DNA of 64,000 nucleotides from Candidatus Spongiisociaceae bacterium (GTDB lineage Bacteria; Actinomycetota; Acidimicrobiia; Spongiisociales; Spongiisociaceae): NCBI GenBank assembly GCA_965213975.1, contig CBDCAR010000001.1, positions 32,134 to 96,133 of the forward strand, read 5' to 3'. Shown piece by piece: positions 36,701 to 44,616 of this stretch (position 1 is its first letter; each line of letters starts with the position of its first letter). The notes under the pieces were generated by a model. It saw only the letters and a program-made list of their open reading frames with translations, ran no database searches and was not told where the DNA came from. The position numbers and the translations under genes were made by a program.

Positions 36701-36797
36701 CACCTGGCGGATCGCCAGGCGGGAGCTACGCGGCAGGCTCGCTGCGTCACCGACAGGCCAAGAAATCGAACACCACGTCGCCCGACTAGGCCTCTGA
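33723..36797 (+). CDS. Type IIG-like fused restriction endonuclease / N6-adenine methyltransferase
   Basis: N-terminal VEVKR, GEYYTPDWLA, VLDPSCGSGTFL, GNPPW, C-terminal TRD-like region. Confidence 0.9.
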   Translation: MTETGTDTDASVAAARLLLDHHRRAVATSGDIASSESDIRAAVANLLVATGVAGRETIALEAARTDLRTGQIIVEVKRRILNSVGDPDRQHIGQLDRYLDHARVAGRPERLGVLTDGRNWALRPSGDTGTPFRNRAGGSRFTLRTPHDVGDWQRWLTRRLDIHRTAAVAPTRQLVGHSFGSGIPAANDIAELRRLYDAWAADPTVHIKRGLWEDLLGSALGEVVTQSADLDGLFVRHTYLATVVALALQASFGLNIEALAELDAARLIDGSAFAEQVGVRGVIESDFFGWPAEVEGGGGWVRALAVRVAAYDWTQADYDIGSVLYQSVVTAGERQRLGEYYTPDWLARQVVEATVDDPLNQRVLDPSCGSGTFLREAIRIYIAAADRRQVAPAEALAALQRQVIGVDVHPVAVHLARASWVLSARTLIRDADGKVDVSVPVYLGDSLQLRSGVDTLMGQEHVTVHTDPSLTGGAHVMLEFPKGLVDSGDQFDALLMRAATDIEAGVDPAHTLQDTGIAETDYDYEMLLSTLRVLKRLHDEGRNHIWAYYTRNLVRPVWLSTDTGRVDRIVGNPPWLAYNKTVSTIRDTLREEAKNRYRFWPSPRYVTHADLAGLFYACCVRLYLKAGGRAGMVMPHSALAGGHYKKWRTGNWGVVSADLSEDPWNLETLQDNSFFPIPACVVFATKTSTGRSLSTTVTEWHGSPPNPTKKTVTMPGVSAPSPYKTRAYQGATIVPRRLVFVTAQPSPTALIDGLSDVQPQTSPQDKPPWKTLDVSHLGATIPDDYIHPVHLGATLAPFVTLTPQKAVLPFERASGAPPRIDPITGDVSIASLHPSVRRRWKHMTRLWDNNRKRTSSMSLIQRLDYMKKLSKQVPAHPIRLLYTTSGRPTAAVLEDSDALADHKLYWIKCRDADEAHYLAAVINSDTLHEAAQPLMSKGQYGARDLHKHLWKLAVPEYDPSEPDLKSLARLGRRAATEMREALAHLHAHRGGSVTWRIARRELRGRLAASPTGQEIEHHVARLGL

Positions 36798-36801
36798 GCC
36801 A

Positions 36802-37503
36802 CTACTGGCCTCCGTAGACGGCTCTCCGTAGACCGTGAGCTCCGGAAACCGCTCTCCACGCCTCTCGGAGAATGAAACCGACCAGCAGAGGTACGCCGAG
36901 CAGCGGCACCACACCAACAAAAGCAGCATCCAACAGCAGGTGCGTCCCGGCGAGGGCACCGAGCAGTACCACAACCAAACCCGCTCCGACCATCGCGAGT
37001 AGGAAGTTGATCCCCTCGCCGATCACCCTCCGGCTGCTATCCGTGAGGGGTTGGTTCCCTAGGGTCACAAGCACACCGATACCGCCCAGGGCGGACGCGA
37101 TGCTGACGACTCCGATTCCCGTAGCCAAGTCTGCTAGGTGTCCAGCAACGTCAGCGAACACGTCGTTGGCTCTCTCGAACCAGGCGACGAACGCGCCCAT
37201 CTCGCCAACAAAGGCGAAGACGAGAGCTGCACACACTAGTAGCAGAAACGCGCAAGCCCACAAGGACCCAAGCAGCGCCCACCATCGGCCAGGTGCACCC
37301 TGCCTGTACACCCACAAGCCGAGTCCCAGAGCGATGCCCGCGACGATCACGCTCAGAACGAACCACCACCACACCACCCAGCCCCCCGACGACTCGCTGG
37401 ACACGTACATGGAGCCTGTTGCGGCGAAGGAAAGGGCCGACGCGAGCCACGGCTTAGCGAGGTACGTCCGGAACCTGGACGAAAACGACATCTTGAACGA
37501 CAT
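36802..37503 (-). CDS. Hypothetical polytopic membrane protein
   Basis: About 6 hydrophobic segments. Confidence 0.65.
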   Translation of the reverse strand: MSFKMSFSSRFRTYLAKPWLASALSFAATGSMYVSSESSGGWVVWWWFVLSVIVAGIALGLGLWVYRQGAPGRWWALLGSLWACAFLLLVCAALVFAFVGEMGAFVAWFERANDVFADVAGHLADLATGIGVVSIASALGGIGVLVTLGNQPLTDSSRRVIGEGINFLLAMVGAGLVVVLLGALAGTHLLLDAAFVGVVPLLGVPLLVGFILREAWRAVSGAHGLRRAVYGGQ

Positions 37504-37688
37504 TTTGGGCTTACCCCCTTATTCTGGTGAAGGGTCGCTGCCAGAAACGCCGTATAGGGCATCCTGAGAGGCGTCCTGTTATATTGGCCTATGAACCCGT
37601 CCTAGCCTGTATCATAGATAGGCGTCTATGATCGGCTGTTATCATCTGCCACCCGAAAGGGCGCCCTCCGCCCGCGGACACGTCACCG

Positions 37689-38840
37689 CTAGCAGTACAC
37701 GATTTCGTGGAGGCCCCGCTCACCGTTGTATATCCATCGGGGTCCGCAGACGATGCCTAGGTGGATGTGTCCGTTGTGGGCGACGTTGGCTCCGACTACC
37801 CACCCGGCCGGGTGGCAGAGCGGCCCGTGTTGGCGTACCCATTGGGCGGCGTCGGGGGGGACACCGAGTCTGGCGAGCTGCTTTTCGGCGTCGGTGACCG
37901 CGGTGGGGTTGTCTGCTGCTAGGGCGGCGAGGTAGTCGGATACTGCGTCTAGTTTCTGTCCGTAGACGACTTCTAGGCGGTCGGCGTTCGGGATGGTGCT
38001 GTACACGCAGGTGAGCCACCAGACCAGCCGGTAGGTCTCTTGGAACGCGTCGCGTGTCCGCTGGGTGAGCGCAGTATCGGCGTCGGGGGGGAGGCGGCGG
38101 TTGGAGTCGGCGACTTTGTGTCCGTTGATTTCGGGGATGTCCACCGCGCGGCCCCGTTTGTGTCGGGATTGGCGGCAGGTCAGGGCACGGTTGTTGGGTG
38201 CGTGGTCGGTGAGGCACCAGGCTTCGTCGGGCCGCCACGGGTTGTTGAGGTTACGGTCGTCGATGTTGAGGGTGGTGCCTGCGCCGATGACCCGTTTTTG
38301 GGTTACGCCGCCGCCGGGGGCGGCGATGGGGACTGTGGCGGTCAGGTTACGCACCCAGAAGGTGTGGTTGTCGATGGAGAACCATCCGGAGATGGTGGCT
38401 TGGGCGGAGTCGCGGATGAGGGCGAGGACTTGGACTAGGCGGGCGTCGACCCGGCCGGCTTTGAGTTCGTGGCCGACGTGGTGTCCGGCCTGGCCACGTG
38501 GGCCGGTGGCGGTGGGGTCGGGTATGGGACTGTTGGGGGTCCATGTGCCGCCGTCGGCCTGTCGGGTGAGTTGGGGTGTGTCGTAGACGCCTGTGCTGGT
38601 GTAAAGGTTTCCGGTGGCTCCGGTGAGGGTCCCCAAGATGAGGACGATGGTGATGAGTGCGACGACAGCGGCTGCGATGAGGGCTGCTGCGGCGGCGGCG
38701 ACGATGAGGATGGCGGGGCCTGTCCCGAAGGCGGCGACGAGGGCGAGCCATCCTTTGCGGGCTCCTTGTTTTACGGCTTGGCGGGCGGCGTAGCTTGCGA
38801 GTTGTTTGAGCCGTGAGGGTTGGGGGTCAGGTTCGGTCAT
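37689..38840 (-). CDS. Membrane-anchored M15/Hedgehog-type Zn peptidase, putative conjugative cell-wall hydrolase
   Basis: N-terminal TM typical of VirB1/CwlT-like proteins; SRHKRGRAVD (SxHxxGxAxD) and HNGHIH motifs; last gene of the conjugation operon. Confidence 0.7.
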   Translation of the reverse strand: MTEPDPQPSRLKQLASYAARQAVKQGARKGWLALVAAFGTGPAILIVAAAAAALIAAAVVALITIVLILGTLTGATGNLYTSTGVYDTPQLTRQADGGTWTPNSPIPDPTATGPRGQAGHHVGHELKAGRVDARLVQVLALIRDSAQATISGWFSIDNHTFWVRNLTATVPIAAPGGGVTQKRVIGAGTTLNIDDRNLNNPWRPDEAWCLTDHAPNNRALTCRQSRHKRGRAVDIPEINGHKVADSNRRLPPDADTALTQRTRDAFQETYRLVWWLTCVYSTIPNADRLEVVYGQKLDAVSDYLAALAADNPTAVTDAEKQLARLGVPPDAAQWVRQHGPLCHPAGWVVGANVAHNGHIHLGIVCGPRWIYNGERGLHEIVYC

Positions 38841-41286
38841 CGTCGGAGTCGTCGGGCGCGTCGGGGCTGGTTGGGGGGCTGGTGGTGACAGGCGGCGTGA
38901 GCTGGGGGCCGGGCCGCGGCTCCGCTGGGGCGGGTTCGGGTTCGCCTGTCAGCGCCGCCGACGTCGGGGGCCGCGGTTCCGCTGGCGGAGCGGAAGGTTC
39001 GGGCGGTTCCGGGGCGGCCGGTTCCGGTGCTGGTGCCTCTGATGGGGTGGGGGTTGGGGGGTCGTCGGGGGCCGGGGCGGTGCTGGTTGGGGGGTCGGTG
39101 GTGACAGGCGGCGTGCTCTTGGCTGGGGTGGGTGTGATGGGGTTGGGTGTCTGCGGGCGTCGGGCTGGCAATGTCTGCGGGCGGCGGGTTTGGGGGGTCG
39201 TCGGGCGACGGGTCGGGGGTGTCTCTGTCGTGACGGGCCGCGGTTCCTCTAAGGGAGCAGGGTCGGTGGTAGACGCATCCAGCGGGGGCGGTCCCTGATC
39301 GGGTGGGGGAGTAGACGGTTCCTGCTCGGGTGGGGGAGCGGACCGTGCTGGTTCCGGTTGTGGGGGAGGTTCGGGCGCGGGCCGCGGTTCCGCTGGGGGT
39401 GCAGGTTCGGACGGGGGTGGGGGTTCCTGCGCCGCTGGGGGTTCGGGCTCCGTGGGCGGCACAGACGGTTTCGCAGCGGACGCTTCGGGCGGTTCGGGTG
39501 TCCGGTCCCATCGGGCCAGCACCTCTCGGGCCCGGGTGACCGAACCCGCGTCTTTCCCGTCCGCCGCTATCCGCTCGACCACGCTACGGGCAGCCGACAC
39601 GACCTCCGCGGGGACGCTGGCCGCGGCTAGGCCGCCGAGCTGTTCGGTCACCGCGGTCACCGTCTCAGCATCATCAGCCGATACCACTCTGTCGCCCACC
39701 GCGGTTAGCGCTTCGCCCCAGCCGACCGTGTCCCGCTGTCCGCCCTCATAGGCAGCGTCGGAGAGGACTTCCACCGCGGCGGCTCGTGTCTGGGTCGACC
39801 CGTGTTCGGCGGCGACGAACTGGGCGACCTGCGCGGGCGCGGCGCGGCGCATCGCCTGGCGGGCGGTGTCCCGGTCGGGGCCTGTGGCGAGGCGTTCCCA
39901 CAGCGGGGAACCGGCCCGCACCTGCGGGTTCGCTGCCACCCGACGGCTGGCCTGCCCTCCGCGTTCCGCTACTGAAGCGAGCACGTCGAGGGGGGTGTCT
40001 TCCTGTTCGGCTACCCACACCAGCCCCTCATCGCCGCCGCCGTCGTCGCTGTCGGGGTGGTCGCGGACGCGGTGGTCGGCCACGGCGCGTAGCACGTCGC
40101 CGCCGGTTCGGCGGGGGTCTCTCACCGTCCCGTTGGTGACCAAACTTGAGTACACGCGGTCTCTGAGCTGGCGGTCTACGCCGTCTTCGGCGAGGACTTC
40201 GACGGCTTCGTCCCAGCCTGCGGTGCCGTGGGTGACCGCGGACGCGTAGTCGGCGGCTACTTCGTTGCGTAGCCGCGTGTCGGCGGGCCGGTCGGGGAGC
40301 GGTTCGGCTAACGCCGTCGCGGAGAGCCACACCGAGTCGCGCAGGGTGTCGGACTCGTCGTCGGTGAGGGTGGTGTACCCGCCTCCGACGGCGCGTCTCA
40401 TCACCGCCGCTGCTGTCTGCGGTGGCGTGTCCTCGCGGCGGGTCAACGTTTCGAGCGCCGCGAGGGGCGCGGCGTTGTGCGACGCGACCGCGGCGGCTGT
40501 CCGCGGGTTGTGATGTTCGGCTGCTTTCTGCCATGACAAGTCGGCGCGGTTGGCTGCCTCCTGCGCCGCCGCGACCGACGCGGCGGTGTCATGGTTGGCG
40601 TCGGCGGCGGCTACGTGTCCGGTGGCGGCGGTTACCGCTGTTCTGACCGCGACGTCTGGGTCGCCTTGGCGTATCCGGGCGAACCGTTCGGCGGTGAGCA
40701 GCGTTTCTGTGTCGGCGTGTTCGACGGCCCAGCGTCTTCGGGCGGGGTCCGGGGAGGTGGCCCATTCTTCGGCGAGCGGGCGGTCGGCCTGGTCCAGGGG
40801 GGTGCCTGCGGCTTCGAGTTCGCCGACCCGGGCGGCTGCGTCGGCTTGGGCGGCTGACTGTTGGGTGTCGCGGACGTGCGGGTCTACGACGGTGAGTAGC
40901 GTGTCCAGCCGTTCGCTGGCCGCTACCCGCGATCGGAGGTCGGGGGTGCCGGTGGGGGAGGTGACGACGGCTTGGGCGATGCTGCCGCGCTGTTCGCCGT
41001 AGCCGTTTTGGGGGTTGGCTAGGAGAGCTTGGGCGGCCTGGTCGGCTGGTACGTGTCCGTCTTCTACGGCTCTGGCGAGTTGTTGTCCGGTGTGGGCGGC
41101 GGCGAGGGTGTCGCCCGTTTCTGCGGTTCGGGTGGCCAGGTCGACGAAGCGGGGCGGGTCCGAGGTGATGGCGGCCCGGTCGGTGGGGGTGATGGCACCT
41201 GCGGCGCGTTTGAGGGCGGCGGCTTTGGCGGTGCGGCGCATAAGGTTGGCGTGGGCTTGCCGCAGTCTGTGCCGTGACACGGCCAA
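38827..41286 (-). CDS. Helical-repeat (LRV/HEAT-like) region plus Pro/Thr-rich tail; probably the 3' half of the VirB6-like gene
   Basis: EDTPLDVLASVA..VAANP-type repeats; frame stays open upstream through SGGPRPGGPPPGSGG at ~41345. Confidence 0.7.
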   Translation of the reverse strand: MAVSRHRLRQAHANLMRRTAKAAALKRAAGAITPTDRAAITSDPPRFVDLATRTAETGDTLAAAHTGQQLARAVEDGHVPADQAAQALLANPQNGYGEQRGSIAQAVVTSPTGTPDLRSRVAASERLDTLLTVVDPHVRDTQQSAAQADAAARVGELEAAGTPLDQADRPLAEEWATSPDPARRRWAVEHADTETLLTAERFARIRQGDPDVAVRTAVTAATGHVAAADANHDTAASVAAAQEAANRADLSWQKAAEHHNPRTAAAVASHNAAPLAALETLTRREDTPPQTAAAVMRRAVGGGYTTLTDDESDTLRDSVWLSATALAEPLPDRPADTRLRNEVAADYASAVTHGTAGWDEAVEVLAEDGVDRQLRDRVYSSLVTNGTVRDPRRTGGDVLRAVADHRVRDHPDSDDGGGDEGLVWVAEQEDTPLDVLASVAERGGQASRRVAANPQVRAGSPLWERLATGPDRDTARQAMRRAAPAQVAQFVAAEHGSTQTRAAAVEVLSDAAYEGGQRDTVGWGEALTAVGDRVVSADDAETVTAVTEQLGGLAAASVPAEVVSAARSVVERIAADGKDAGSVTRAREVLARWDRTPEPPEASAAKPSVPPTEPEPPAAQEPPPPSEPAPPAEPRPAPEPPPQPEPARSAPPPEQEPSTPPPDQGPPPLDASTTDPAPLEEPRPVTTETPPTRRPTTPQTRRPQTLPARRPQTPNPITPTPAKSTPPVTTDPPTSTAPAPDDPPTPTPSEAPAPEPAAPEPPEPSAPPAEPRPPTSAALTGEPEPAPAEPRPGPQLTPPVTTSPPTSPDAPDDSDDDRT

Positions 41287-44200
41287 GGCGGGGCCCGCTC
41301 CACCCGACCCTGGTGGGGGCCCACCCGGTCTCGGCCCGCCCGATGTGTTGGGGGCCCGTCTGCGTCTGGGGGCCCGTCTGATGCTGCGGGTCGGCGTTTC
41401 AGTAGCGATACGACCGCCTCCGCCCTCGCCGCCTTCACCTTCTCTGGGGGGGCCAGCACGCCAGGCCGACTATAAATGGCCTTGTTCCACTGCTTACGGA
41501 ACGCGCCGATCCGTTCCAGGCGGGGAAAGTCCCCCGCCTTTGCGGTCCCGGGCCGCAACGCCGACGCTACCCTGCCGACACCTGTCGCTTTCGCTTTCTG
41601 CGCGACCGCGCTCCCCGCAACAGCGCTGCCCGCCGCTTGGCGGACACCTGCGCGTACCGCGTCTAGGCCGCCGGGGGCGGCGGACAGCTTGGCCTCCTTG
41701 GCTGCCGCCCATCCAGCCGGCCCGGTCCGCTCCGCGGGCGCCCCAGTCCGCGCTTCTAACGCTTCTCGGCCTGCCTGCACCCGCTGCGCTGCCCACTGGC
41801 GGTTCGCCGCGGGGATCGCCTTCCACGCTTTCCACAGCAACACCACCAGCACCACCAGGTACACGACCCGCACGAACCAGGCGGTCCACGCGGTGCCAGG
41901 AGTCGCCGACGCTAACGCGTTCGTGATCTGCATCAGGTAGAACGCGACGACTAGCGCCGCGGCGGTCACGAACACTGTCACCAGCGACCGGACCAGGAAC
42001 ATGAGCCACCGCCACACGAAATAGCGGGACCTCCCTGGCAGTACCGCTAGCAGCACCAGCGCGGGCAGCGCGGCGACGCCGATCAGGAACCCGACCTGGC
42101 CGACCAGAGACGCGGCCATCACCGCGGCGAGCATCGCCCAGCCCACCAGCGACGTGAACAGCGCCAGGCCCGCTTCCAGGACTCGGGTGGGCGACATGTG
42201 GTTCACGTGGCGCATCACTAGGGGGACGTCCATGTCGCAGCCCAACGTTTCCGACACTGACTCCAGCCGCTCGGCGAGGCGTCCCGAGTTCGACGACGCC
42301 GCGGTAGGACCGGGGTCGAAAGCGGCCGCGTCGGCGGTCTGCGCGCAGGCGGGGCCGGACAGCGAACCTGCCAGCGGCGGAGACGAATGCGTCAAATATG
42401 TGGCCTGATAGTTGTTCCGGTTCGACGGTTCCACCACCAGGGTCTCTTTGACGACGTGGCGTACCGAGCAGAGCAGCGGATGGTCCGTCACCGCCGACGT
42501 GAACGTTGTCCCATAGGTGGACTGCAACCCGACGTCGGCAGCGGTACGGACCGCGGGATGCAAACATGTGGTGCCTGCCACCACCGGGTACACCGCCACG
42601 CCGGCCGCTGTCAGCGTGTCGGGGACACGGTCTTCGTCCGCGGCGCAGTCGAACTTCTGGGCCCCCAGCCCACTGATCGCCGCCGCCACCGCACTGTCGT
42701 CGAAGTCGGCGTGCGCGTAGTAGAGGGAACAGTCGCTGCCTGCGCTGACCAGAGCCGCGGCGGTGTACGACACCGCCGCGGTGACCGTGTTGGTGGCGAA
42801 ACGGACCAGCCACGGCACTCCCGTCGCTGACACTGCGGCTAGCACCACCACCATCACCAGCGACAGCAGTATCTCCCGTACGGCCCGCGCCGCGGAGCCT
42901 TTGGAGATCATCTGCCACGCCGTCCACGCCGCCAGTACGAGGACCATCACGCGGAACAGTCCTCCGGTCACCGCGAACGTTTCCCGCAGCCGGTCGGCTA
43001 CCGTCCCGACCGCTTCCGCGCCTGCCTGCAGGGGGATCAGGTAGAAAACCCATGTGACGAAGTCGGCGGCGACGCCGCCGAACCAGATGGCCATCCCGAA
43101 CAGCAGCCCCGCCGCGGCGGTGTATACCGCTTCTAGCGGGTCGAACGCGCCCAGGTCGCCGCGGAGCATCCAGCGGAGGGCGGGCGGGCCGACGTCGCGC
43201 TGGGCGAGGTCTACCCGGGGGTCGGCGAGGGTTAACGGCACGTCGGTGGGAGGCATCCGCCCTTCCGCTAGCGCGCCCATCGCTTCGGACCACGCGGCGG
43301 TGGCGCGGCGGTTCGCTTCAGGTACGAGCCCTTCCCCGCCCGGGCCGCATCCCGCCCGCCAGGCCAACGCCGCGAACAGCAGGGGGTCTTCGACGAGTGT
43401 CTGATGCCACGCCCGGTTGATGGCGGGGAGCTGCTGGTAGACGGCTGCGGGGTCGGCGGAGCGGTCGGATACCAGCTCAGAGGCGGGCGTGAGCGGACAT
43501 CTCTGCGCGCGGGATCCCGCTTCGCCGGTGTCGGGGTAGGCGGCCCAGCGGTCGCTGATAGCCGCCGTGGTGCCCTCATATGCGCCGCCCGCGTACCCCG
43601 AGCCAGCGAACTCCGAACCGGCCGCTGCTAGGGCTCGGTCTTCGGGGGTGGTGTCGTCGTATGTGGCCACGGGGTCGACGTAATACTGCTGCCAGGTGCC
43701 GCCGTCCGCGCCCGCAGCGGCAGCGGTGACTGCTGCTAGGTCGACCTGGTTGTGGCGTATCTGCGCGGCCATCCAAAACCGGATCAGCCCAGGAGGACAC
43801 ACCCCGTGGCGGCCGACCGTCGGCGGGCTGCCAGGACGGGCGTGGGTGAGCATCGACAGCAGCGGCGGGTCCGCCCTCCCATAAACCCCCACCGCGTCGC
43901 TGGCCGCCGGCGGCTGGGTACCGCGTCTGTCGCGCATCGCCTGGTCCCACGCGGCACCGCGGGTCGCTTGTGTGGCCGACCGGTCCACACCTGTTCCGGT
44001 CATGAACCTGGCGTTGTACGTGTCCCACCCGCCGACGGGGCGGGCGTTCGTGTAGAACGCGTCGACGAAACGGTCCGCCGCCCCAGCGGGTGCGCGGTCC
44101 CCGCCGCCCGCCAGGGCCTGGTCCCATACCCGTTCGGTGAACGGCGGCAGCGCCTGGCCGTCCCATCGCATCCGCAGCGTGCAGAAATGTTCCGCCGCCT

Positions 44201-44609
44201 CCCACAGTCCTGGCAGGTCGGCGGCGACCCGTAGCGCTTCCCACGCTTCTGCGACGGTGATGTTGCTGCGGTCGGGGTCGTAGAGGACGGCTAACAGGAC
44301 GGTGAGGTCAACGCCCGCCACAGCCGACCAGTCGTAGGTCCCGTCGGGCTCGGTCGGTAGCCACTGGTACGCGACGGTGGCGTTAGACGCGAACGGCAGC
44401 CACCCGGCGGGCACCGGGTACCGGTCCGGGTCGGCCTGGTACGCGCGGTCTAAGGCGGGGAGCTGCGCGGCCTGCGGCTGGTGATGGTCCTGCGCGGGGC
44501 TGCTGCCCTCATGCGCCAACGCGGGGGCGGCTGTTCCCAGCAGGGCGGCTGTGAGGCTGACAGCCGCCGCCGTCCGCGGCCAGCGTGCCCCGCCGTCCGA
44601 CACCCGCAA
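41064..44609 (-). CDS. Large VirB6/TrbL-like conjugation membrane protein with N-terminal exported domain (frameshift ~41345)
   Basis: Signal peptide, ~450-aa soluble domain, two clusters of TM helices; follows virB4. The last ~90 aa look out of frame. Confidence 0.75.
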   Translation of the reverse strand: MRVSDGGARWPRTAAAVSLTAALLGTAAPALAHEGSSPAQDHHQPQAAQLPALDRAYQADPDRYPVPAGWLPFASNATVAYQWLPTEPDGTYDWSAVAGVDLTVLLAVLYDPDRSNITVAEAWEALRVAADLPGLWEAAEHFCTLRMRWDGQALPPFTERVWDQALAGGGDRAPAGAADRFVDAFYTNARPVGGWDTYNARFMTGTGVDRSATQATRGAAWDQAMRDRRGTQPPAASDAVGVYGRADPPLLSMLTHARPGSPPTVGRHGVCPPGLIRFWMAAQIRHNQVDLAAVTAAAAGADGGTWQQYYVDPVATYDDTTPEDRALAAAGSEFAGSGYAGGAYEGTTAAISDRWAAYPDTGEAGSRAQRCPLTPASELVSDRSADPAAVYQQLPAINRAWHQTLVEDPLLFAALAWRAGCGPGGEGLVPEANRRATAAWSEAMGALAEGRMPPTDVPLTLADPRVDLAQRDVGPPALRWMLRGDLGAFDPLEAVYTAAAGLLFGMAIWFGGVAADFVTWVFYLIPLQAGAEAVGTVADRLRETFAVTGGLFRVMVLVLAAWTAWQMISKGSAARAVREILLSLVMVVVLAAVSATGVPWLVRFATNTVTAAVSYTAAALVSAGSDCSLYYAHADFDDSAVAAAISGLGAQKFDCAADEDRVPDTLTAAGVAVYPVVAGTTCLHPAVRTAADVGLQSTYGTTFTSAVTDHPLLCSVRHVVKETLVVEPSNRNNYQATYLTHSSPPLAGSLSGPACAQTADAAAFDPGPTAASSNSGRLAERLESVSETLGCDMDVPLVMRHVNHMSPTRVLEAGLALFTSLVGWAMLAAVMAASLVGQVGFLIGVAALPALVLLAVLPGRSRYFVWRWLMFLVRSLVTVFVTAAALVVAFYLMQITNALASATPGTAWTAWFVRVVYLVVLVVLLWKAWKAIPAANRQWAAQRVQAGREALEARTGAPAERTGPAGWAAAKEAKLSAAPGGLDAVRAGVRQAAGSAVAGSAVAQKAKATGVGRVASALRPGTAKAGDFPRLERIGAFRKQWNKAIYSRPGVLAPPEKVKAARAEAVVSLLKRRPAASDGPPDADGPPTHRAGRDRVGPHQGRVERAPPWPCHGTDCGKPTPTLCAAPPKPPPSNAPQVPSPPPTGPPSPRTRPASSTWPPEPQKRATPSPPPTPDNNSPEP

Positions 44610-44616
44610 CCCTTTC

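Noticed and set aside
38850-39500. Short repeats in the Pro-rich tail (e.g. GGTGGTGACAGGCGGCGTG twice)
   Set aside because: Explained by low-complexity Pro/Thr/Glu coding sequence.
41494-43293. Long alternative-frame ORFs (also 6821-7900, 14597-15808, 59154-59798 and many others in the track)
   Set aside because: Arg/Pro/Gly-rich shadow frames overlapping well-supported genes; expected at this GC content.
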